A stretch of 64,000 bases of DNA. Origin: Vitrella brassicaformis CCMP3155. Lineage: Eukaryota; Protista; Chromerida. A model generated the notes under the pieces. The model saw only the letters and a program-made list of their open reading frames with translations. It made no database searches and was not told the DNA's origin. Every line of letters begins with the position of its first letter. Position 1 is the stretch's first letter. The stretch is taken from positions 1 to 64,000 of the forward strand of contig CDMY01000130.1 of NCBI GenBank assembly GCA_001179505.1, read 5' to 3'. Both the position numbers and the translations under genes were made by a program. Positions 22,726 to 34,449 of this stretch are shown here, in pieces.

Positions 22726-23699
22726 GCCTCCCTGCCTTCATGCTTGGCTGCTTGGCTGCCGTACTCTCACTTACCCCTCATTGCTGCTTACCTATCCATA
22801 ATGTGCGTGTATGTGTATTTGTGTGTGTGCGTGTGCGAGCGTCTTTTGATTGATAAGTTCATCTAGTCAGCACTCTATCCGAATGTCTGTTACTTCTCAT
22901 CGACCGGGAGACGACGTCTGTAGGACACACATGCTTTGTGGGCGAGAAGCCTTAGACTCCACACCCTTGCTGTCTGTGTATTGGTTCGTGTCTTTGCGAG
23001 AGGGAGGCGTCTATCTGTGTGGATTTTGCATGCAGATAGAGGCATATGCCCGGAGACAGTGTAGCTGCACTTCTGCGTGTGGGGATCGATGGGAAGTCAC
23101 TCTTGTATCGTGTTTCTTTTGCCGTATGCGACTGTCAGCAACCAAGTCAGTGTTCTTCCTACTCGATTGGAGACAATAGCTGTTGGACACGTCAGTGCAC
23201 CACACATGAAGTGTGTGCGAGCCATTGATCATGGTGGATGAGTGAGACCTTACGAAAGACTATCATCAAGGCGTTCATGTTGTTCATGTCCCGTGTATCG
23301 GGATGGTGTCTCATTCGTGGTCCCTTTGTGTCAGCCCACCCGACCCGCCACCCAATGTGCTCCCATCCATCCATCCATCTATCCATCCATCCATCCGTCA
23401 TGCATGCAAGCATCCATCCATAGGCACTGATTGATTGCATTGGCCTGCTCCTGTTCCGTCTATGCAAGTGAGAGAGACGTCTCTCGGCTTGCAGCACGCC
23501 TCTCTCCGGCAGCATACACGCACCGTCTCACGTCATACGCACAAAGCCGCCTGACTGACTTGACTGACTGATCGTCATTGCCACAGAATGTACGGAGAAA
23601 AGTACGGGCCACGGAAACAGACAGACGAACCAACACACCATGAGAGCGAGACAAATGACTCTGCCAACGCAATTCAGCGGCGTAAGAGAATGACCGATT

Positions 23700-24095
23700 A
23701 CACACTGATGGCATCGCAATACGACACAAAGGGAAGACAAATGCCGATCGGGGTAACATCTGCAGGCCAGCCACAGAGAGATAGATTCATTCACACAATA
23801 CATGCTGCCCTTCGGTCGATTCGTTGCTTTCTGCAATGGAGCGATGTCGCACAACACCCACCGTTGCACTCGTCGGTGTAGAAGTGGCACTCTACGTTGC
23901 GGCGGCACCGACGTCTGTACCTGCGCTCCACTGTTGGTGTTCATTGGCTGATGCACCTGGCCGAGCGTCAACCGAGTGTGTGTCTGCGGTCGGTGCTCAC
24001 AAAAGCCATGTCTGCAGAAGTGGTGTCGAACGCAGTCGTGGTCATCATGGCAGCTGTGAAGGTCATCATCACTCTCGTCATCACCCCTTTCGCCT
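23700..24095 (-). CDS. Cys-rich exons of a probable secreted protein (5' end not found)
   Basis: GT-AG-bounded exons read DDDLHSCHDDHDCVRHHFCRHGF and RRRCRRNVECHFYTDECNGGCCATSLHC, with a CxxDxDCxxxxxC-type repeat. Confidence 0.45.
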
Positions 24096-24742
24096 GCACA
24101 TCACAGGAGGGAGGCAAGGATGATACCTGTGGCATGGGTGTGCATTTGGGGGCTTACAGCAGTCATGTATGCAGTGATTGTAAAAATGCACACCTGTCGC
24201 CAATAGTCCTGGACAGCCGAGGCGAGCTTATAGCATGCGTGACCTGATCATCCCTCTTCAAGTTTATAGCTGTGATCTTCCTCGTTGTGACGAGGAGACA
24301 CCAGATATTGCTCTGTTTGTTTGTGTTTCTCAATCTGCGCATGTATGCGTCTCGATGTCTGGTCTTCCATTCATATGAACTCGTCATCCCTGGTCATGCA
24401 CGTGCGGACGGGCCACGCATAGAGACAGACAAAGAGACAGACAGGCAGTCGAAAGGCGGAAGCGAGCTGAGGGTTTAAGCAAATCCGCCAACACCTTCAC
24501 CACACCAGCCAGTGAAGACTGCCTATTAGCGAAACACCATCAGAGTGGCAGCTAGAGATCAGATAGACAGACAAACAGACAGCGCCCGTCATCACACCAT
24601 CACGAAAGTGAGAAAAACAGACCGCCCGGCTGGTTCAGAGAGAAATCACTCCAGTGGCACCCGCTGCAATCCGACGCCAATCTTTCCTGCAAACAAAAAA
24701 AACACATAAATCACCACATACCTCAGTCTCAATCTATTGGTC

Positions 24743-25095
24743 TCAATTGAAGAGTTGTGATACACACATTTTGTCCATCCGGTCACATACTTTTTTTGTT
24801 GAAAAACGCTGGTGTCGTAAGTTTGAGTCCTGTCTCTTCAGTGAGCTCGATGAAGCGTTTGAAGAGGAGGCTTTTAGCTTGGTCTTTTTTGAGGAAGCAG
24901 AGATCCACTGAAAGGCTTTCCTGGGGCGAACAGACCGTGCCCTTAATTGGCTTCTCACACTCGCATGCATGGCCCTCGAAGAAACCCTGAAAAATCAGAC
25001 CACCCGTCGCCCCATGAATGCTCGTTCACTCAATGGTCACATACAGGAACGTTGTTGACGACGACCATACCGCGCTGTTGCACATTACAGCCACA

Positions 25096-25131
<36 letters not shown>

Positions 25132-25141
25132 CAAATATTGC

Positions 25142-25172
<31 letters not shown>

Positions 25173-26341
25173 TTCTCCATGGAAAGGATGGCGAATCGCT
25201 GCCGCACTCCGAACACATATTACCGGAGCGAGGAGCGAATGCATGTTTTGCCAGAAAGACGTCATGATCTTGTACTGCGGCAGTATGTACTTGCGCGTGT
25301 CTGCGATGCTCATATTACCCAAGTGATACGTCATGGTATTCCAAAAGAGGTCCTGCCGGATATTAATACGAGAAGAAAGATTACATAAGTGCAATATCTA
25401 TTTCACTCAGTTTCAGACCTGAGGGCAGTACACGAGTACGATGAGCTTGAAGTCTATTGCTTGAAGTGGTTGAGTGGCAGTCCGAGTTCCGAGTTAGCAG
25501 ATTTCACCTGCACTCATGGGGAGAGAGATATCCAGTCAAAGTGTGGGCACTGTTGTTTGATCCGATAGTATACCCACCTGCTGAGTATCAGTGAGGTCGA
25601 GCTGCCAGAAGTCGGGCAAGGGGAATTTCCTCAGTTTGGACCAGGTAAACTCATCATCGTATCTCGATTTGTCCCAGTCTGATGAGCGACTTAGCATATC
25701 GATATTCGATATGAGGATACAGGTAAACTCACCGAATACTCACCGTTAGCATCTTTGACGTCGTGGGCTGCCGTCTCAAACTGCACCACTTTCTCGTTTG
25801 CCGAGTATCCCTTCAGCCTGCGCGGCAGCGTCGCATCCAAGTCGTAGTCGATGAACGCAACCGACTTGAGAAGATCCTCAATCTTCCTGTGGACAACGTA
25901 TTGGAGACGCATCCGAGTAGCATCCGAGCGCATGCACAGCATCAACATGCGAGGCATACCGAACATGCAGAGGAGGGGTTAGGTGCTTGAGATAATACGT
26001 CAGCTCTCTTTCCTTCCCCTTCGGGAGGCCGAAAAAAAAGTGCTCTGCATGTTGCCCAAGGCCGTGAACGGGGGAGTGGCATCCTGCACTATCAAAAGCA
26101 TTCATGTTGCATGCATGCAACGAAGTCGATGGAATGGCTGTTTGCGCGCACCGAGTAGAATATCAGGAACATCATCCGTGGCAAGGTAAGTGTGCTGGTG
26201 AAGGAAGCCGTCACGGCGGCCGGCGTTGGCAATGCTCATGCCGAAGGAGACATCGTGGCGCCAGCCCAGAGTCACCGGAAGGCAGCCCAGCAATGTCAGC
26301 ACGTGGAAGGACGCCAAAACAACACAATAATGGGGCGACAT
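24743..26341 (-). pseudogene. Multi-exon secreted protein of unknown function with probable frameshifts
   Basis: Signal peptide MSPHYCVVLASFHVLTLLGCLPVTLG. Exons ...VQDATPPFTALGNMQSTF/FGLPK...HVRKIEDLLKSVAFIDYDL...FTWSKLRKFPLPDFWQLDL...DFKLIVLVYCPQ/DLFWNTMTYHLG.... Frame continuity needs +1 nt in the A8 run (26032-26039) and another shift near 25450-25500. Confidence 0.45.
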
Positions 26342-26540
26342 CGTGACGAAAGGCTGCTTTAAACGAGGAGAGACTTGGAGCTTCTCTTTTTCCAGCTCGC
26401 ATCGTGGGGGCGTCTCACTTTTCCGCCATTTAGCCAGAGGGTGCTCACGCCGAAAATGGTCCCCACGCGAAATAAGCAGTGGGGATGAAGGTAGAGGACC
26501 GTGGTAGAGCAGTGGAAAAATACAACAGTTCACATGTACA

Positions 26541-26582
26541 CTCCGTACACAACCGTTAGCGCGACCTCCGTACACAACCGTT
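26541..26582. repeat. 17-bp direct repeat CTCCGTACACAACCGTT x2 in a divergent promoter
   Basis: Exact copies at 26541-26557 and 26566-26582, each containing AACGG on the minus strand; ~60 nt upstream of the GT43 ATG. Confidence 0.8.
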
Positions 26583-26641
26583 TTTCGCTGTGAAGCATGG
26601 ATTGTCCTGACCCCGTCGTGAAGCAATCAGTGCTTCGAGCG

Positions 26642-27951
26642 ATGCGCCCTCGCTTCGGTGCGCCGTGTGTGCTCTCTGTGTTAGTGGTCGCCCCACTCTA
26701 CTTCTTATGTTTTTTCCTGATCAAGCGACAGTGCGGTCCGCTACCCCTGATGCTGACGCGGCTATGCTCTGTGGGCGTGATGCTGGATGGCGACAAGCGC
26801 GGCAACTCGAGAATGGCGCATCTTGAGGTGTTCAGCAGCTCGGCTGACTCGTCGCCACTTCATGACACGAAGAGAAGAAGGAAGGTCCTGGAGCGGCCCT
26901 TTGCCCACATTGTCCGACATGCCTCTGTGATCCGTGAGTCTGATTCGCCATCCCTCTTTCCCTCCCATCACTGGGTGCCCGGCCTGCGGTTTGTGTTCGT
27001 CATCACTCCGACGTACAGGCGAATCACGCAGCGGCTGGACCTGACGCGGCTCTTCAACACATTCGCTCTCGCAGCCAGTAACGTGCACATGATTGTTGTG
27101 GAGGACAGCGTCAACAGGACAGCCAAAGTCGAGAGATGGCTGAATGACAGCCTCCTATTGCATTGGTCTCACCTGAACGTCAGCAGCTCATCTGGATTGA
27201 GGACCAGGGGGGCAGAGCAGAGGAACGAGGCCATTCGGCTGATACGGGAGATTGTGCTAAATGAGGCCGATGCGGAGCTGAAGAGAGCATATGAGGTGCA
27301 CAAACACCAATGCACACAGCAGACAATCGGGGGATTGTCTCCTTTCTGTTGCAGGATTCCGTTGTGTATTTTGCTGATGACGACAATGCATATGATATTC
27401 GCATTCTCGATGAGCTGCGAAAGGTCCGCAACGTCGGCACTTGGCCTGTGGGTCTGACGGCAGGACCCAGAGTAGCTCAGTACTGTGACGTCAACTCGAC
27501 CACCGGCAAAATCAAGAAGTACAACGCATGGGGGGTGAGCGAACGAGCAACATGCGAACACGAACGGCGGGTAGATCCGACCAATGCTCATGTCGTTTCC
27601 TTTCTGTGTGGATCTGTGTGTATCTGCATAGGGGCATCGTCCGTACACGATTGACACGGCAGGCTTTGGCGTGCACGTGAGGCACTTTCTGCGGGACCCC
27701 CCAGTGCTGTGGAATCCCAAAAGTAGGAAGGCCTATTCGGAGAGCGATTTCCTCGGACAGACGAATGTCAGCAAGTGGGACATCGAACCACTCGCAGACA
27801 ACTGCACAAAGGTGTGTGCGCGATGAGCAAGCCAAATTGTGCTGTGCGCAGATGGTTCCTGTTTGTCGTTCAGGTGTATACATGGCACGTGAAGACCCAT
27901 ATTGGGGACAAGAAGCGGCCAGCTGACTTCGATAAGAAATTCGACGTCTAG
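26642..27951 (+). CDS. GT43 beta-1,3-glucuronosyltransferase (GlcAT-I/B3GAT3-like), type II membrane protein, intact
   Basis: N-terminal TM; FVITPTY, IVVED, RGAEQRN.AI, VVYFADDDNAY, VGTWPVGL, RPYTIDTAGF, EPLADNCTKVYTWHVKT; 4 exons in frame. Confidence 0.95.
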
Positions 27952-29064
27952 AAGCGACACGAGCATTTGTGTCATGGTGCATTCATTCCTGATGCACTGA
28001 CATTCGTACGTGTCTGTCTGCGTGCTTTTCATGTCTATCAGATGTAATTAGCAGGATCTGACTGCCTCCAGTGGCCTAGAGAGGCGGAGGCAAGCAGTGT
28101 GTTGATGTGAGTGATGGTATTTGTAGGCGTGCCCGTCCGTAGAGCGATGCTTGGGTCCTCTTGTCAGCTGGCCCTTGTGACTGATCGCAATGCATGCGAA
28201 GTGTGCATGTGTAGACTTACGAGTGTGCATGTGTGGTTAGTCAGCCGGGCGCTCGATCAGGTCTCTTTTTCGTCGCATCGATCTCGTGACATACACACGT
28301 GGTGTTTACTCCCAGGCAGGCAGGTGTTTTTGAATCAGTTTCTCTTTCCTCTTGGTGTCACACGCGCTCTCATGGTGGGCTGCTCAGCTATCGGGCGACT
28401 GGTTTGGGAATCCAGTGCGTGTTTTTGCTTTCATGTCTCTCTCTCGGTTTCTTCTTTCATGTCTCTCCCCACATCCATACACTGGAACGGATCTGAATCT
28501 GTCGGTTGTGTCATTTGTCGGATGTCTATCGGCGGACTGGTTCGTGCTTTTGCATTCTTGTCTCTCTCGTGCATGTCGACATGTGCAGCTGCGTTGTACT
28601 GTGTTTTGGTTCTCGCGTCGTGCGTGCCATGCAGTGTCGAAATGTGCCGTCTTGTCGATATGGATGCTGACTGATATATCGAGCGCTGCATTCCTATCGT
28701 ACGACTTTTTCCGCACGAGTCGTGATTGCTCTATGGAAGACGCTCGTGTTGAAGTAGGTGTTGGGCCTCAGCTGACTGACTGATATGGGCGAACAGTCAA
28801 TCAATGCACAGACGAAGGCGTATTCGTTTTGCGTGAATTATGCAGATACATGCCGAGAGGAAGTAACTCACAGGGAATCAATCCAGTGCGACTCACTCAC
28901 ATGTCTCCTCCGTTTTTTGGCATCCGAAAGAACGAAAGGCAGCCAGACAAAGCAGCAGCGCCAACACTATCTACCGCTTGCTTACCGCGCCTTCCCCTGT
29001 GATTTGTCATGCCGATTTCTTGATTGAGCTGGCATCATTACGTGGATACGGTCAAACAGATTCT

Positions 29065-29600
29065 CACACACACAGAATGACGTCAGACACGCATCTGTGC
29101 AGTGGGCAGCCAATCGATCGGCCTGTCCATCCCTTTTCGACGAACCGAGAGACAGACAGACAGACAGACAGCGACCCACACAACACAGCACGTGACCTCA
29201 CGACACATACATAATCCTTCTGCGCTCCAGACCTGGCCCTGCCATGCATGGATTTGTATCGACCGACCGACGGGCGGATGGGTTTAAATTGTTCGTCAAT
29301 GAGTCTCCTGCCTCGACTGTGCATTCATTCATTCATGCGACGATGGTTGTTACTTGCGTCCACGTGTTGTTTATGTTAGTGCTCTCATTCCCATGTCCCC
29401 CTGGTCCCATGTCTCTGTCTCCCCACCTCCCCCCGCGATGGACAAACGGATTCACACACACACGGAATAACGTCAGAGACGCATCTGTGCAGTGGGCAGC
29501 CAGTCGATCGGCCTGTGCATCCCTTTTCGAGTACAATTGACAGACCGACAGACAGCCACCCACACAACACGTGGCCTCACGACAGACGCACACAACACGG
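29065..29600. repeat. Two direct copies (~130-150 bp; ~29065-29215 and ~29465-29600) of a non-coding element also present inverted at ~14000-14110
   Basis: Shared core acgtcaga.acgcatctgtgcagtgggcagcca.tcgatcggcctgt.catcccttttcga followed by (ACAG)n and acccacacaacac. Confidence 0.85.
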
Positions 29601-29979
29601 CACGAGACACGCATGGATAAATCAAGAAACAGACCAGTGAGTGATTGGTGGCAAGCTGCGGGCGATGACCCGCCTCCCCCTCCCCTGTGCGCGGCTGGCG
29701 GACAGGTGTCCGTCGCGCAAAAGAAAGAGATGCACAAATGAAAGCGGTGTGTGCAGGGTCCGAGGTTGTGCGCATGCATTAAAGTCAGTGGAAGTCAGCT
29801 GGCGCGTGAGGAAGTCCCTCCCACACATGCCCGCTTCGCATGTGTGGGAGAGCGCTCGTGCGCGGCCAGCATGGACGCAAAAATGACAAGTCAGCCGATC
29901 ATGCTCATCCAGCCCATCCGCAGCAGGCAGCCAGCCAGAACATCCATACATAGTCAGACAGCAAGTTCAGACAGCAAGT

Positions 29980-30939
29980 TCAGAACTGGCAATCGATCCT
30001 GCTGAAGCAGCCACAGAGATTGAAGCAGAACGAAAAGTCGCCCAGTCGGAAACCTGATGGGCAGATGTCAATTGCAAAGCCGTTGGGAGCTGCCTGGATT
30101 GAACTCGGTATTAATATTCTGCAGAACTCCTGTCAATGGGAAAACACAACGAATCGCAATGCATCAAATCGCTTGCTTTGCTTTCTCACGTCGGCAGCGG
30201 TTTGGCCGCAAGAGCTAAAATCAGGGATGATTCCAGCAAATGGATCTCGGTTGCAAGAATCTATACGCTGCCCTGCGCTTGTGGCGGGGAGGTTGAAAGT
30301 GGGGACCGTTGGAAAGTCGAATTGATTCACTCGGGCTGAGTGAGAGAGAAGCCAATGCGTGAACAACAGGCGACCACATAATTTCTACAATGACGTACCC
30401 GCCATCGAAGCGCAGGCTGAGTCTCCTTCATTGCAAACCACACGCGCAGCACCTGGCCCACCTGGAAGCGTGTGTGGCGGCTCAAGTAAGAAACACGCGA
30501 CGCCAGTGTCTCGCTTGCTTACTGATTCTGGAATCGTTCGTCGCGAGATGAAGTACAGGGGAGATGAAACGGATGGCTGATGGCACACAGAAAAAGAGAC
30601 AGAGAACCAGCTCTCGATTTGACTTCGCTCGCTTACCTCCGGGCGCCAGCGGCAGGCAGTCCAGGTCGGTCGGGTCGCATTCAGCGGTTCGTCCATTGGG
30701 CGGCTCCTCGGTGGTGGTGAGGTCGGCGTCGGGGGAATCACCTGGGAAATATTCGGCGTCGGGAGAATCACCTGGGAAAAGAAAGGACCAGGAGAAGGAG
30801 AGGGCACGTTGCAGATCTGCGTGCAACCGTGGCGTGGCTCACCATCGTCTTCGGGTGCGAGTTTGCGGAGAGGGGAGGGGCCGCCGACCGCGAGAGTCAC
30901 GAGGAACAGGAGCCCAAGGACGCGAGCAAACATCGTCAT
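29980..30939 (-). CDS. Secreted Cys-rich protein (gene D), inverted paralog of gene C
   Basis: MTMFARVLGLLFLVTLAVGGPS-PLRKLAPE...ECDPTDLDC...VVCNEGDSAC...DSCN...SSCGQTAAD/EFCRIL...DICPSG...FCFNLCGCFSRIDCQF*. Confidence 0.8.
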
Positions 30940-31372
30940 GAGGGAGGCTGGCTCAGCTGAGAAGGAAGGAACGAGGCGAGAAGGAAAGGAGGGGAGAGGG
31001 GAAGAGAAAGACACACAACCAGGGAGGAAGGAGACCTGCGGGAAGGATGGGGAAATTTGCCGTACGTGAATGAGAAATGACGCTACCGGCTCCCGCTCCC
31101 GTTACTGCTTCCGTTGCTCTGCGCTCCCTCACAGAAACAAAAACAAAAACAAATTCGTGTTTCCGTACTGGCCAGGATGGCCGTTAATTTCCAAATCCTC
31201 CTCCCAGCATATTTCACTCGGGTCACAATGGGGTTTCCTCTCCACCGATCTATCACGATCAGACAGCTGGGCAATCGACGTTCAGAGACGGCTGGTGTTG
31301 CTGGTGGCCTGCTAACCTGCTGCCACACGTGCTGCATGAGCTGCGAGATGAGGCTCAGCTCTTGGCGGACAT

Positions 31373-31466
31373 CATACATGTAAAGCTGCCTTCCGGTGAG
31401 CAACAGTCTTATGAAGGCATACATGTAAAGCTGCCTTCCGGTGAGCAACAGTCTTATGAAGGCATA
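31373..31466. repeat. Exact 45-bp tandem duplication, in frame in a minus-strand ORF (YAFIRLLLTGRQLYM x2)
   Basis: catacatgtaaagctgccttccggtgagcaacagtcttatgaagg at 31373-31417 and 31418-31462. Confidence 0.9.
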
Positions 31467-32477
31467 GACGGCTGACGCGCTCGTTGTTTCGCTCCCGTCT
31501 GCCGTGCCGTGCTTACCTCCACCCCGCATGCATGCTTACCTCCTGCGGCTTACTTCCTTACCTCCCTGTCATTGCAATGGAGAATCAACACAACAAAAGT
31601 CCCGGCCATCGTGACGAAGGTGCTCGCCCTTATGGTAGGAATCTCGATAGCTGCCAGCAGTGGCGTTTTTTGTTCGTGTTTGTCTTTCTGATCGTTGCCG
31701 ACGACTCGTGCGCGGATCGATTGACAATAATCCAACACCTGCTTCTCATCATGCGTGTGTCTCCATGTCACCGACAATCCCGCCCGTATATGAGCCAGCT
31801 ACATAATCTGTCAGCCGACAGTCGCCATGCAACAGAGAAGATGACATGGATGAGTTCGGCCACACGCACACGCGCATTTCCACGCGACTTGCTTAACTGC
31901 TTGTGACGCGGGCTGTGCGAAAAGACATAGAAAAGAAACACGAAGAACAAGAACGAACGAAGAGGGAGATACTCTAATTGGTGGAGAGACCGCTCTCAAA
32001 AACAAACAGAGGCCAACAAGAGGGGAAAGACAAGAAAAGGACAATTGTGTGCGCGAGCGAGCAGGCCCCGCCCCCACCTCCCATCCCCCATGGTGACTGT
32101 ACACACACGTGTTTGCCTGGTCCAGTGTGCACTGGCGCATCAGTGACGGAGCGTGCTCGTTTAGCCTACAGCCTCCCTCACACATCGCCAGATCAGTCAG
32201 GTCCCGCCAGGCCTGCTCACATCCACCGACGAGGACATACGCTACACTCCTTGACCGACAATGACATCAAGCACACAGACACGCAATCCGTTGTGTGAAG
32301 ACCAGCCCAGTGTTGCTATAGACACAAGCAAGAGACATATGCACGATGTCCAGGACGATCTACGGGACCCTTCACTCTGCAGGGCCACGACAAAACAAAA
32401 CGTACACCAACACCAGGCTTGTCGGTGTATTTTTCTATTGCACTTACAAGTGCACTAATTGAGGGCTGCATCCTCAC

Positions 32478-33531
32478 TTAGTACACCTGTTGCGCAGCCA
32501 GGATGTTGCGCTCGAGGGCCGTGCATTCCACTCTGGCCAGGCTGTTTCCCTGCCGCAGAGAACGATCACCTGAGGCACGCGCAGATAACAAGACATGAAA
32601 CAGAAACAACAGTGTGTGTATGTGTGTGTGTGTGTGTGTGTTTTCCCACTCGTGTGTACCTGTCAGGCGGGCACATGCCTGCAGCTTCTGCTCGGCGGCT
32701 GCTTGCATATCGGGATGCTCGTGTGCCCACACATGGTCACATGAGGCCCTGAAGACCACATACATCCAAACTCCCGGTCCTTCCCCTTGTCTGCCTGTCT
32801 GCCTGCCTGCCTGTCTGCCTGTCGTCTGTGTGCCCATCAGGTACCAACCAGGAGCAGTCGCGCTTCCAGCAGTAATGATCGAAGAGGTGGCACTCCCAAC
32901 AGCACTTGCCATCTGGCTTCGCTGCAGAAAGAGAGACGAAGCACGGAGCGAACAAACGCACACACCCATGAGGTCTGTTTGAGCGCCTGTGTGCACGTGG
33001 GATTGACATACGGGTTGGGGCTGGTGCGGGCGTCGTTTTCTCGCGGCCGTCACGCTTGTCACGACGATGGCAGGCGGAAAAGGAGCACTCGTATTTCCAG
33101 CAATCGTGGTCTGAACGCCAACAAACCGGAGGCAAGCATTAGTGGCCAAGCATGTGGTGCCAACAAGGAGCTCTCTTGATCCCTGCTTGTTGTCTGTCGT
33201 GTCCTGCTGTGTAGTTTCCGTACCGAAGAGGTGACAGTGGAAGCAGCACTTGTCCCTATCACCATCATCAGGGAACTTGTCACGGGGAGGCTTCTCTGCA
33301 GCGCACAAGAGCGACACACAGTCAGGCAGATGTCGGCCATGCGGTGGGTAGAGCAGCCAGGAAAGGCGTGTGTCCTACTGGTCGTGGTGGGAGGAGCTGG
33401 GGTTGTAGTTGCCTCAGGGGTCGTCTCGGCAGGCGTCGTCGCATCAGGTGTGGGTGTAGGCGTATCGTCCACCAAGGGAGTGGTCGGCGTGACTTCCTCT
33501 GCCGGGGTCGGGCACACACACACACACACAC

Positions 33532-33565
<34 letters not shown>

Positions 33566-34017
33566 AGGCAGGGAGGCAGGACACACACCACATGGCACAT
33601 GGCACATGTCTCATGCCCTCCCGCCCCCCTCCCGTCCCTACTGGTCGTGGTCTCGGGCTCCGGTGTGGTGGTGGGCTCGGGCGTGGTGGGCTCAGGCGTA
33701 GTGGGCTCAGGCGTGGTGGGCTCAGGCGTGGTGGGCTCAGGCGGAGGACGGCAATCAGGGTGCTCGGGCGTCGCAGCGCAGTCGACGGTCTCCGCTGCGC
33801 AATCAGGGTGCTCGGGTGTCGCAGCGCAGTCGACGGTCTCCGCTGCGCAATCAGGGTGCTCGGGATCCGCAAGACAGTCAGGAGACCCATTCTGGAGCCG
33901 ACGTGCAGGCACGCCGGCGCGAGGCACTTCCTGTGCCGCCGCCAAGGCGAGCAGGCCGACTAGTGGCTGAGCAACACTCAAGGCGACAAGCATGGCGAAG
34001 ATCAGCAGGCTCCTCAT
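32478..34017 (-). CDS. Secreted mucin-like Cys-rich protein (paralog B) with two CC[WF]xC modules
   Basis: MRSLLIFAMLVALSVAQP...ARRLQ; 48-bp repeats (PEHPDCAAETVDCAAT); PEPTT repeats; modules KCCFHCHLFDHDCWKYECSFSAC and KCCWECHLFDHYCWKRDCSWASC; tail EHPDMQAAAEQKLQAC...RVECTALERNI homologous to gene A. Confidence 0.85.
33660..33865. repeat. Coding tandem repeats: 15-bp (PEPTT) x~5 and 48-bp x~2.4
   Basis: gcaatcagggtgctcggg... recurs at 33751, 33799 and 33847; gggctcaggcgtggt units at ~33670-33740. Confidence 0.9.
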
Positions 34018-34449
34018 GATGAACTCAAGCAGCTGGATGGAAGAGAGGGCGCCTTCTTCTTCTCCTTTTCCCCCCTTTCCACGTCGGTTAGCGCCGGAAT
34101 CCGAAACGTACGCCAGTAACGCATCTTCGTAAACTGCGCCAATCCGCACCTCAAGGAAGCCTCTTCAATGAGTAAGGGATGTTCGTGACGTGGGAAGATC
34201 CGCTCCCGCTTGGGACGTGCCATCTCCGCCTGAGGTGAGTCCGTCAGTCAAGTTCGCCTCACACCGACTGATCTTATCTGCTTGTCTTTGTTCAGGATGA
34301 GCGCCCGAGGCCGATAGGCCTCGCCAAGAGAGAGAGCGGCCTTCATCCAGAAGATCATGAGATGATTGGGCTCCCGTTAAACTCTTTGCAGAGGCGAAGC
34401 TTGTTTGGGGCAGGCGATCCATTTCAGAATTCATCCTGAATACTACATA

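Noticed and set aside
24743-25394. Viral capsid or hAT transposase fragment
   Set aside because: No diagnostic motifs; the segments splice better as 3' exons of the minus-strand secreted gene starting at 26341.
33751-33865. Regular 48-bp and 45-bp (31373) repeats as CRISPR-like arrays
   Set aside because: No unique spacers, lengths are multiples of 3, they lie in or on reading frames, and no cas genes are present in this eukaryotic context.
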